A stretch of DNA of 45,252 nucleotides, counting the filler, from Jimgerdemannia flammicorona (lineage: Eukaryota), in assembly GCA_003990765.1 (NCBI GenBank). It is 2 parts of 2 records of this genome, joined end to end, with 100 filler letters (N's around TTAATTAATTAA, not from the genome) between each part and the next. Parts side by side here need not be neighbours in the genome. Positions count along the whole stretch, not along the records: positions 1 to 22,579 come from RBNJ01001244.1; 1 more part is not named here. The stretch is one strand, 5' to 3'. The notes under the pieces were generated by a model that saw nothing but the letters and a program-made list of their open reading frames with translations, searched no databases and was not told the origin of the DNA. Positions 1 through 10,696 of the stretch are shown piece after piece (within the stretch, counting starts at the first letter, position 1; each line of letters opens with the position of its first letter). The position numbers were made by a program, and so were the translations under genes.

Positions 1-99
1 TTCTACTTCTACCCAATCTCTCTGGAGGGTCTATCTCTTATCTCTTTATAATTAAAGATCATCAGACCATTAACTATCACTCTTTCTACTACTATATAT

Positions 100-1660
100 T
101 ATTACATAGTAGTCACTGAGTTCTTCAAATACATCAGATTCTCTTCAAGATATATCTCTTAGACTAACTCAAGTTTGTTATAAGCAAGTTCTTATTGGAG
201 TTCCTTCTCAAGATCTTATAGTCCTCAAACTTCTTATCTTTAAACTATCTTGTTATCTCTTTAGATTGTTTGCAAAGAATTGTATATATTATACTAAGTA
301 GACTAACTTTATTTCAGAGGAAATAAGAGGAGTATTTATACAAAATATAATTCAATGGTTGCTAAGATATAAAGCTAAATATAAATTTCAATAACTAAAA
401 TAAAATGATAGGACACAGAAAACTGCTAAGTTTCAGTGTCAGTACTGATGGTTGTATAGGTTCAGGATACTGGTATAATTTTGGTGATACAGAAAAATGG
501 TGCTGGAATAATTCAGTGTCACATCAAAATATCAGTGGAGGAATAGCTGTTATATAGGGAAAGAGTGCCAGCATAATTCAATATAACTAAGAGACTTTAG
601 AGCAGAATGTTCAGGACTATAGAGGCTTCATCCTTGTCCAAGGTCAGGATGTCTTCAAAGGAAATAAGGTCCACAAATGTTTCATCCATCTTATTATCAC
701 ATAGGTCACACATTTCATGTATGTTACATGGAATGATATCATTGCTAATAATGTTATCATGTTCAGTAAGAAAATTGGGGGCTCTCCAATCTATAAGATT
801 CTCTTCCATAAAATAGGAAACAAATGTAGAGTTTTGGAGAGGTCTAACCTGAATGCTTGGGCCTTGGAATACTGAGATCAATTCTTGCAGAAATTGGTCT
901 GGGTTGTCCTGGAGGATGGGATATCAGAAGTCTTCTACTTTATCACTATTGAGGGTAATAGTGGACTGGGCTTCTATAGCCACCCTGGCTTCTAGTGTAT
1001 TAATATGGTAGGCTGACAGGTCTCTGAAGTCTGAGACTCTAATATACTCCAAGTTGGGGATCAATTATAGTACATGCCTGAAGATCTGATGGATCTTCTT
1101 AGCTGTTCTTGTTTTGCATATATCCATGAGAGTGGTATCTTGTAACTCTTGAGGGCTGACCTGTAGAAACTCCTGGCAGAGAAAGTTTCCTATTTCATAC
1201 TTCTGTCATATTTGGAGGTATTCAGTAGCAATGGTGATCCTTGTTTCCATTTCACAGTAGTAGAGGATAAAGTGATAAGAATCCACAGTACCCAGGTTGA
1301 CACTAGGAGTTCTTCTTGTATGGGTCCTTATGGCTCTTCTGATATCTTAGAACATTCTTTCTATGACTGAGGTGCCTTGGTAGTTCCTTGACCTTGAGAT
1401 TTGGCAAGTAGCAGGCATTTCATTTGTAGTAAGTCTTGAGCTATTTTGGGATTAGTGGGTCTTGTTGAGTTACTACTACTATAGTTCCTTAATCCTTCTT
1501 TTATATTTCTCAAGATATCTATACTGTAGTCATAATGACTCATGGTTGGTCATAATTGCTCATCTTGTATGCTATATGATCTTCTTGTACTCTAATCTGG
1601 TGGCTTGCAAGGAAAAGCTGTCTCCTGTATTGATGTTATCATTCTAAGATCACTATTATA
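100..1660 (-). repeat. 3' LTR of element A (about 1560 bp)
   Basis: Aligns to 7337-7926 plus 9137-10108, with differences that are almost all transitions. Minus-strand TATAAA at about 340 is followed by AATAAA at about 312. PPT is adjacent. Confidence 0.93.
597..1418 (-). pseudogene. LTR(U3)-encoded accessory ORF, 273 aa, unknown function; disrupted only by transition-type stops
   Basis: One frame from ATG 1418 (MPATCQISRSRNYQGTSVIERMF) to TAA 597 (...SIVLNILL). The four internal stops are TAA/TGA; both TGA codons read TGG in the other LTR copy. Confidence 0.75.
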
Positions 1661-1670
1661 TCTTCCTCCT
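1661..1670 (-). other. Polypurine tract of element A
   Basis: AGGAGGAAGA on the minus strand immediately before the 3' LTR. Confidence 0.75.
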
Positions 1671-2029
1671 GAATAAGAATCTTCTTGAATATCCTTATTC
1701 ATTAGTCCAGTTCTGAAAAATTTACTGATCTCATAACCTCTGGCAAGAGGTCAAAAAGTGGTGTTTATGGGCTGGCATCTTCTCTATGTATTTTGGCATG
1801 ATGGTGAAGAGTTGCTCTCTTTATATAAAGCAAGGGCCTGATTCTGATCTTGACCAATCAGTTGATGGTTTGAACTCCTCTGGCTTCAAAAGTCTCATGA
1901 ATGAGTAGTTGCTGGTACCATATCTCTTAGAGAATGATCCAGACAGATAGCCTGCTGGTCATGAGATATGCTATTATGATTTGCAGACTAGAACCTCACA
2001 GGCAGTCATTATGTTTTACTTCTCTTATA

Positions 2030-5000
2030 TAGGTTTATGGTACTTCTTGAGTCTATTCCTGTATACTATAGTAGGCAGTATGGTCCCTGAAATTTTTCTA
2101 AGCCAGAAGGTAGTTCTCTTGATATCTTATATATAGAAGAGTCCTTACCATTTGAACTCCAGTTTTTGCAACCATGAAGCTTCTACTATATTTCAATACA
2201 GTAGGACCTTTTCTCTAATTTGGATGGGTTCTAGGGTCTTGTGATTCTTTTCTGCATTCTGTCTTATTAGTACTTGTAACTTGATAATATAATCTTCAGC
2301 CCTCTTTCTGATTTGGTGTAGTCTCTGGATTTCCAAGTCAACCCATCTCTAAGTTAGGTCTAGATTTGAGGCTGAGGTTCTATCAGAATCTTCTTCTCTG
2401 AAGAGTAGTTCTCTTGGGGTAAAGTGTGTACTCTATAACTATATGTCTCATAGGACAGAAAGGGCAGTTGGGAGGTAGTTATCCCAATTCTCATATATCT
2501 CTGAGATCTTCACCAGGATGTTCTTAAGGGTCTTGTTGGTTCTCTCTGTCTGTCTATTTCCTTGAGAGTGATATGCAGTGGTCTTGATATGCTGGATCTT
2601 ATATTTCTGATACATTATCTCATGGAATTTATTGATAAATTCTGTGCTGCAGTCTGTTGTAATTTGCTTTGGTTTCTTATAGTGACAGATGATTTCTTGG
2701 TACAGGAAGTCAGCTATAGAGAGAGCATTGGCTTCTTGTAATGCTCCTACTTCTATCCATTTCATAAAAAGGTCTACAATAACTATAATATAGCAGTTTC
2801 CTGATAGTGTTACTGGTAGTGGTCCAATGATATCTATTGCAATGTAGTGGAAGGGGATAGACTCAATTCTTGATGACTCAGGTATCTGGTCTTACTGATC
2901 TTATTTCTGTTTTTGGTACTTGTCACACCCTTTGACAAATTGGCACAGGTCTTCTTCTATCTTGGACCACTATATGGTTCTTCTTGCCTTATTATATATG
3001 TTGATTCCTCTTAGATATCCTTACTCATATACTTTCTTCATTACTTGATACTTCTTGTGTTCAGATATTACAAGCTTTTCTCCTTTTCTAAGTGTGGTGT
3101 TGTCTAGTTCAAACTGTTTCCAAGTCTGGTTAATAATGGTGATTGTTCAGAGTTTGAGATGGTTGAGCATCTTCTACTGCCCAAGATAGCTGATTAATCC
3201 ATAGTATAACTCCTTATTCATGTTGAATAGTCTTGATGGGGATGTTTTGGGGTATCCTTGAGAGTGTATCAGCATTGGTATTGATTCCTTCTGAGTGGTG
3301 CTTGACAGTATAGTCATACTCTTATAGCCTGTAGATCCATCTGGCTTATATTTCTTTGAAGTTCAGAGTGTGTAATAGCTAGGCAAGAGTGGAATGATCT
3401 GTTTGAATAGTGAAGTATTTTCTGGCTAGATAGTAGTGGAACTTGTCTACTGTCCAAACTACTGCTAAGCATTCAAGCTTGCATGACTTATAGTTCTGTT
3501 CTGCTTTATAGATACCTTGGCTTGCATAAGAGATGATATATTCATATCCATCTTTCTTCTGAGCTAGGACTGCTCCAAGTTCTATAGTACTTGCATCTGT
3601 CTGCAGAATGAATTCTAGGTTCCAATCTAGTTTTCTGAGGATGGGTGTTTGGGTCAATCTGGTCTTGAGTTCATTGAAGATTTCTTGGCATTTCTTAGTT
3701 CATTCGAATTTGGTCTCCTTCTTCAGTAGCTCATAGATAGGTGCTGTAATGTTAGAGTATCCTTTGATAAATCTTCTATAGTAGCTAGTCAGTCCAAGGA
3801 AGGCATGGACTTCTGTGGTTGTTCTGAGTCTTGAGTAGGCTGCAACAGCCTCAATCTTCATAGGTCTGTGTGGATTCTGGTCTGGTTGATGAGGTGTCCT
3901 AGATAGGTAATTTCCTGAGCTACAAACTTGCATTTCTTGGCTTGATATAGAGGCCATACTCTTTGAGCTTCTTGAGGGCTAACTATATGTGATTGATATG
4001 TTCCCATGCAGTATTGCTGAAGATGATTATATCATCAATATAAACAAAGAGCCATTTTCCAATCTCATTACTGAAGACTCTGTTTATCATTCACTTAAAA
4101 CTTGCTAGGGTATTGCACATTTCAAATGGTATTTGCAAGTAGATATAGGTGGCATCAGATGTGATGAAGACTGATTCCTCACTAGCATCTTGAGTGAGAC
4201 CAATCTGATAGAAGTCTGAGAACAGATCCAAGGTGATATAGTATTTGGCTTCACTTCTAAGGATGGTAAGGATTTCTTGAATATTTGGCAAGGGCTGCCT
4301 ATCCTTCTTGGTAATTGTATTGAGCTTCCTGTAGTCAATGCAGAGTCTTGGTACAAACTCTCCAGGCTTGCTTCCTTTCTTTGGAGTGAGGATAATGGGT
4401 GAAGCCCAGAGACTGATAGCTTGCTTGATGATTCTGACTTCTTCCATTTATTCTATGTAGGCAGGTAGTATAGGTCTGGCTTTCTGGTAAATGGGCTTGG
4501 TATCACCAGTGTCAACTTCATGATAATACTTGGGTTCTTGATTGTAGATATTCCTGAAGTCTGTAGCAAGTACTCCTTTATTCTGGTGCAAGATCTTGAG
4601 AAGTTGTTCTTCCAGAGAAAAGTTTTCTCTAATGGTATATGTGTGCTTGTTCTTGTCCTTGTCTTTCTTGTGCTCAAGTTTGGTAATCTTAGTGGTGGTA
4701 TAGGCTCCTCTTCTAGTAGATCTAATGCCTTGTTCTTCTCTCTTGATCTTGATGAGTTTAATGGCTTCAGTGATCTTAGGCTTCTTAATTTCATGGATCA
4801 GCATCTGGCCAATCCTGTCATGCTTCTTGACTTTGAATAGGGTGGTGGGATTGTGATTCCTGACTATAAAGAAGATCTTGCCAGTGTAATCAGGGTCAAT
4901 TACTCCTCCTTCAACTGAGATTTCACTTTTGACCAGACTGCTCCTGGTCTTGATAATTCTGACATAGTTCTCTAGCAGCTTGACTCCAATTCTAGTGCCA

Positions 5001-5830
5001 AGTAGGGTGGTGGTCTGTGGTTCAATGATAGCATCTTGAATGCTGGCAAGGTTCATTCCTATGGCTCCTTTAGTATTGTATTCTGGGATCTTGGCTTCAG
5101 GGTGAAACTTCTTGATGTTGAGGGTGATGTCTGATTCTTGTTTCTCCTCATCATCACTGTTAGCTTGAAGCTCTGGGGGCTGGTCATCTTCTTCAGCTTT
5201 CCTTTTTGTTTCAGCAGCTTCTTGCTCATACTTCTGTTGGTGGATTTTTCTGACTTCACTGATATAGAACCAGTAGTCATTTAGGTATTTAGAACAGTAT
5301 ATCCTAGTGCTATGGGGGCATCTTCCTTGAGGAGTATAGCCATTGATGATCTTATTATACCACTGCTCATCTTTGAGCTTAGGTGTCTTGTTCTTGTTCT
5401 TGTTCACCAAGTGCATGAAGACTTCTGTGTCCTCTTTATCTCCTTCCTCTATATCTGGTAGAACTCCTTTGTGGACATTGATAGAGACTCATATCTTTCT
5501 TCCTCTATATTTGATCTACATCTTCTGGGCATTGAGATCAATGATGGCCTTGGCCTTGTGAAGCCATTAGTTGCTAATGAAGATATCATAGTTAGTGGTA
5601 CTTGTAAAAATCACATCTACTGAGATAGTAGCTCCTCCTATCTTGATGGGGACTTCTCAGATTTTGTCAAGAGGGGTAGCTCATGTACCATCTGCTGTGA
5701 CATAGACTATCTTGGTGGACTCTTCAATATCCCAGCCTAGGTGGTCAATTGTCTTCTTGCTTATGAGGCATCCTCCAGTACTAGTATCAATGATGGCATC
5801 AAAGATATAATCTTCGATCTGACATAGGAT
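2030..5830 (-). pseudogene. pol: pol of element A: aspartic protease, dUTPase, reverse transcriptase, RNase H, integrase with GPY/F-like tail
   Basis: PR AIIDT(S/G) at about 5790. RT SLWASPIIL...RLCIDYRKLN...LDLFSDFYQI (4091-4447). RH FILQTDAS...ECLAVVW...TDH (3379-3657). IN ITTDCSTEF...TTAYHSQGNRQTERTN (2448-2765). Many stops. Confidence 0.93.
4712..5125 (-). pseudogene. Trimeric dUTPase domain within pol of element A
   Basis: Degraded motifs I-V: GAIGMNL, TRSSL, VEGGVIDPDYTGKI, DRIGQM, REEQGIRST, inside ORF 4448-5416. Confidence 0.92.
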
Positions 5831-7300
5831 GTAGGCTGATGTTTTGCACTGGTCTTCAGATTCTTTGCCTGAGTCTTCAGATTCTTCTTATACATTATGG
5901 ACTTCTACAATCTTATACTCTTAATTCTTGGCAATAGTTGCAAGTTCTGCTCTCAACTGCTATCAAGGCAGAGACTTCAGCTAGTTATCCAAAAGTAACA
6001 TTGACCTTCTATTCCTTGAGGTCCTTATAGATATCATACTGATGGATCTTGGTCTTGCACAGCTTCTGTTTCTTCTTGCTTTTGCTTTCTCCTAAGACTG
6101 AAGTAGTGTCTCCAATGATTTGGTGAGCAGCTTTATCTAACTCTATGTCTTGATCAATCTCCTCAGGCTGGGTCTTGCTCTGAATGGTGATAGCTGGGGT
6201 TTTCTTTGGTCTTCCAACTAGCTTACTATTGCTCTTCTTATCATAGAGCTTGGACCAGATTCTGGTACCTTCAGTAGCAGGGTAGAATTCAAGCTCCTTA
6301 TAGTATTCTTCATCATCAGAGTCACCAATCTCCTCAATGACTACTGCATTGGTTTATTCTCTGGTTTTGCTAGTATTGCTTGGTTGAGCTTTGTATCTTG
6401 TTTTGATTATACAGCTCTTTGCATAGTGGCCTTCTTCTTCATATCTGAAGTATGTGATATTGCATTCTTCTGTAGCAGCTGCAAATCTCTATACTGGTCT
6501 CCTGTTGGCACTTTGGACTTCTCTAACAATATCACCAAGGTGTACAGTTATCTCAGCAAACTGCTTGGTGAGTTCCTCCACTGAGTCAACTTTGGTTACT
6601 TTGGGGATAGGTGGGAATGATTATCTGTTTACAACTGTAGTGAGTATGATACTAGTTAGCTTTGATGGCTCTATTTTGATGCTAGATTTTCTCCATTGAG
6701 TATTTGGTAGGGTGTCTGATAGTCCAATATCTCTGTACAAAGACCACTTTCTGATCAAGGGTCAGTGTAGCTGGGATAGACTGGATTGCTAGGGCAATTT
6801 CAGAGTAAACTCCTTTGAGGAAGGTTTAATCTGCTATTTGTTCCTTGAGGACATTATCATAGTTAGCCAAGACAATCTAGTGGCAGATTCAGGTATAGAA
6901 TGAATTAGGATCTTTACTAAGTCTCTGGTAGATAGTATTGAGTTGATTCTTAAGAGCTTGCTTGATCTCTTTAGTATAGTATATTGTTCTGAGGAAGGCC
7001 TTCATGTTGGCAAGTTTGGCTACACTATTATCAGTAATAGTAGCTATATTGAACTTATCTCTGGCAGATCCTCTGAGGCTGACTAGTACATAGAAGGGCC
7101 AATTGTGCATCTACACTGAGAGCTCATATAGCAGCAAATTGTTCAAAGTCTTCAATGAAGGTCAGGATTAACTCTTCAGTAGTATATCTATAGAATGTGA
7201 GGGGATACATTTCTATCTTATCTTGAATTTTTGCAGGGGTGACTCTTGTAGTCAGAGTAGTTGTTATGGTAGTTATTTGTTTTTCAGCTTGAAAGTGAGA
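5830..7300 (-). pseudogene. gag: gag of element A with mutated CCHC zinc knuckle
   Basis: TYFRYEEEGHYAKSC at about 6410-6460 equals CX2CX4HX4C with TGC/TGT>TAC/TAT. It lies between PBS and protease. Boundaries approximate. Confidence 0.8.
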
Positions 7301-7309
7301 GATTCATCT

Positions 7310-7336
7310 TGAATCACCAGCCAATAGGTATCAAGT
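7310..7336 (-). other. Probable primer-binding site of element A
   Basis: Minus strand after the LTR end reads act-TGATACCTATTGGCTGG (TGG mutated). A homologous sequence sits next to another LTR at 13460-13488. tRNA not assignable. Confidence 0.55.
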
Positions 7337-7922
7337 TGTCACATAGTGATCACTGAGTCCTTTAAATATATCAGATTCTCTTCAAGATATATCTCTTAGA
7401 CTAACTTAAGTTTGTTATAAGTAAGTTCTTATTAGAGTGCCTTCCCAAGATCTTATAGTCCTCAAACTTCTTATCTTTAAACTGTCTTGTTATCTCTTTA
7501 GATTGCTTGTAAGGAATTGTATATATTATACTGAGTAGACTGACTTTATTTTAGAAGAAATAAGAGGAGTATTTATACAAAATATAATTCATTGGTTGCT
7601 AAGATATAAAGCTAAATATAAATTCCAATAACTAAAATAAAATACCAGAATATGGAAAACTGCTAAGTTCCAGTATTAGTACTGATAGTTACACAGGTTC
7701 AGGATGCTGGAATAATTTTGATGATACAGAAAAATAGTACTGGAATAATTCAGTATCATATCAGAATACTGGTGGAGGAACAGCTGTTACATAGGAAAAG
7801 AGTGCTGGCATAATTCAGTGTAACTAAGGGACTTTAGAGCAGAATGTTCAGAACCATAGGGGCTTCATTCTTGTCCAAGGTCAGGATGTCTTCAAAGGAG
7901 ATGAGGTCTATAAATATTTCAT

Positions 7923-7962
<40 letters not shown>

Positions 7963-10108
7963 GGACTCAATGTCCTGCAGATTTTTATTGGAAGGGAACC
8001 TAGACTATATAGGTCAAAACCCTCCCCAACCACCCATCAAGCACTGCCCCCCCATTAACCTAGGCTAGCTATTGTCCAGCAGCTCAATCATGCCAGGCGC
8101 AGCAGGGCCAATGGCAGCCTACACCTCATTATGCACACTATGCTCTTCCTACCACCAGGGGAAGCCCAACCATATGCCAACAACCAAAAGCGTATGCCCG
8201 AGAACCCAATGTATGTATAAGGCTATACCCGAGCCAAATAGAATAGCCCCTACCATCTCAAAGAGAATGATAGACAAAGAAAAAACCCTCATCAAAGTAC
8301 AACATAGTGGGTAGGGCCTGGTTCTCCCAGTCAAGGTGAGTAAAGGACTTATATATGAGGCAGGAGGAGACTCCCAATACCCCACTACTCAAGTCTGCGG
8401 GCCTTGATCACATTGCCATATCAGCTCCTGGTTTCAGTTGAGTACAGCCAAGATATCTGAAATGGGTAGCCTCAGGCCCCCTGATGACCAGGACCTAACC
8501 CACCAACCTGCCAAAAGAAGCCAAGAGTGTCACCTACCACCTAACCACACTACATCAATCAAAAGGCTCTACTAAAGTAGCACTCACCCCAGCTCTGATG
8601 ACTGCCCCCAGCCTGGTACTCCACTGGTTTACCATTATTGCCCTTCCTCCTATCTGTGATGGCCATCTCCCCTCTCATCCTGACATCACCTGAAAAGCAG
8701 TCACCTATGCCAAAACCACACTCGCCAAGAAGCTCGCCAAAGCCAGAGGGCCCTACCACAGGTACCGAGGACCTACAGGTAACCTATACTGAGTACTTGA
8801 TGCCCAAGGTTGGCCAACTCCCTATATAGCCTGAGACATACTGAGACACCACCTTGTTGGTGATGGCAAAAGGAAGAAGGCACTGTACCAAAACAGATGC
8901 ACTCTAGATACAGCTGAAGGCACCAGACACCACAAAAAAGTGGAGAAGACACCAATCTGACACCAATAAAGGGGCAACTCATTACTATTACCCTCCTTCC
9001 ACCATATCCATGTAGGCACAGCAAACCAACCTGAGATAGAGGGGGTAATAATAGGAGAAAGGGGACTCGAAAGATTGCCTACCAAACCTTATGACTGATA
9101 AGGTAGCAGAGAAAGGAGTGTAAATGTTTCATCTATCTTATCATTACATAGATCATATATTTCACATATATCATATGAGATGACATCATCACCAATAATG
9201 TCATCATGTTCAGTGGGAAAATTAGGAGCTCTCCAATCTATGAGGTTCTCTTCCATAAAATAGAGAACAAATGTAGGGTCTTGGAGAGGTCCAACCTGGA
9301 TACTTGGGCCTTAGAATACTGAGATCAATTCTTGTAGGAATTGGTCTGGGTTATCCTAGAGGATGGAATGCCAGAAGTCTTCTACTTTATCACAATTGAG
9401 AGTAATAGTAGACTGGGCTTCTGTAGCCACCTTGGCTTCTAGTATATTGATATGGTGGACTGACAGGTCTCTGAAGTCTGAGACTCTAATATACTCTAAG
9501 TTGGAGACTAACTATAGTGTATGCCTGAAGATCTGATGGGTCTTCTTAGCTGTCCTTGTTTTGCATATATCTATAGGAGTGGCATCTTGTAACTCTTGAG
9601 GACTGGCCTATGGAAACTCCCAGTAGAGAAGGTTTCTTATTTTGTACTCCTGCCATATTTGGAGATATTCAATAGTAATAGTGATCCTTGTTTCCATTTC
9701 ACAGTGGTAGAGAATAAAGTGATAAGAATCCACAGTACTCAGGTTGACACTAGGAGTTTTTCTTGTGTAAGTCCTCATGGCTCTTTTAATATCTTAGAAC
9801 ATTCTTTCTTCAACTGAGGTGCCTTGGTGGTTCCTTGACCTTGAGGTTTGGTGAGCAGCAGGCATTTCATTTATGGTAAGTCTTTGAGCTATTTTGAGAT
9901 TAGTGGGTCTTGTTGAGTTATTGCTACTGTAGTTTCTTGATCCTTCTTTTATATTTCTCAAGATGCCTATACTGTGGTCATAATGACTCATAGTTGGTCA
10001 TAATTACTCATCTTGTATACTGTATAATCTTCTTGTACTTCAATCTGGTGGCTTACAAGGAAAGGCTGTCTTCTGTGCTGATGTCATTATTCTGAGATCA
10101 CCATTACA
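7337..10108 (-). repeat. 5' LTR of element A, interrupted by a LINE at 7927-9120
   Basis: Homologous to 100-1660; TGTCAC...CATTACA termini. Confidence 0.93.
7927..9120 (-). mobile_element. 5'-truncated non-LTR retrotransposon (LINE 3' end) with poly(A) tail
   Basis: Poly(T) 7926-7959. TSD of about 16 bp: TAAATATTTCATCCAT (7911-7926) / TAAATGTTTCATCTAT (9121-9136). The insert is absent from the sister LTR and homologous to 11321-12414. Confidence 0.88.
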
Positions 10109-10162
10109 ATATATAAATTTCCTCTAGAAATCTCATCCCAACTATTAACCAGTCATAATATT

Positions 10163-10163
<1 letters not shown>

Positions 10164-10194
<31 letters not shown>

Positions 10195-10196
10195 GG
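10164..10196 (-). mobile_element. Extremely truncated LINE insertion (poly(A) plus about 5 nt)
   Basis: T-run then AATGG, the same terminal bases as the LINE at 7927. Flanked by an 18-bp duplication CCAGTCATAATATTCTTT (10149-10166) / TCAGTCATGATATTCTTT (10197-10214). Confidence 0.8.
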
Positions 10197-10235
10197 TCAG
10201 TCATGATATTCTTTATCAATCTCTCACATCTCACC

Positions 10236-10552
10236 TAGTGCTCCCAACAAATCGAATCAAGGGTCCAATTTGATTTGATTCAAATCTTAATTTTCAAAAT
10301 GTAATAACTCGACGAAAACTCATCCAAATTTAATGTATTTTAGCTTGTTAGATTCACTGTATTAATGTAATTCTAACAAGCTAAAGTATGTTAGATTTGG
10401 ATGAGTTTACGCTGAGTTATTGCATTTTGAAATTTAGGGTTCGAATTAGACCCTTAATTCAATTTGACTTTTGATTTGATTCAAATTGATTCAAATTGAA
10501 AAATCCCCAATTCGATTTGATTCGAATTGATTTGACTCATTTGAGAGCACTA
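10236..10552. mobile_element. hAT-type MITE (317 bp) with internal foldback
   Basis: TIRs TAGTGCTCCCAA / TTGAGAGCACTA. Perfect 8-bp TSD ATCTCACC (10228-10235, 10553-10560). Subterminal TTTGATTC(G/A)AA repeats and a long inner palindrome. Confidence 0.9.
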
Positions 10553-10696
10553 ATCTCACCAACTACTTCTCCTAGCTTATCTATCTTTCCTCCTTAAATA
10601 TATATAGCCAATGGCCAGCCAGACTCTTATTTTTAATATAGTTTACTACTATAAATATAGCTCTTATTATATAAGAGGGTTACTTGTTAAGATAAC

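Larger units (their letters stand above)
100..10108 (-). mobile_element. Full-length degenerate Ty3/Gypsy LTR retrotransposon (family A): gag-PR-dUTPase-RT-RH-IN plus an ORF inside the LTR
   Basis: Direct repeats 100-1660 and 7337-10108 (the latter split by a LINE). Termini TGTCAC (mutated to TATTAC at 100) and ATTACA. ATATAT flanks both ends (94-99 and 10109-10114), a possible 4-6 bp TSD. Domain order PR-RT-RH-IN on the minus strand. Confidence 0.95.
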
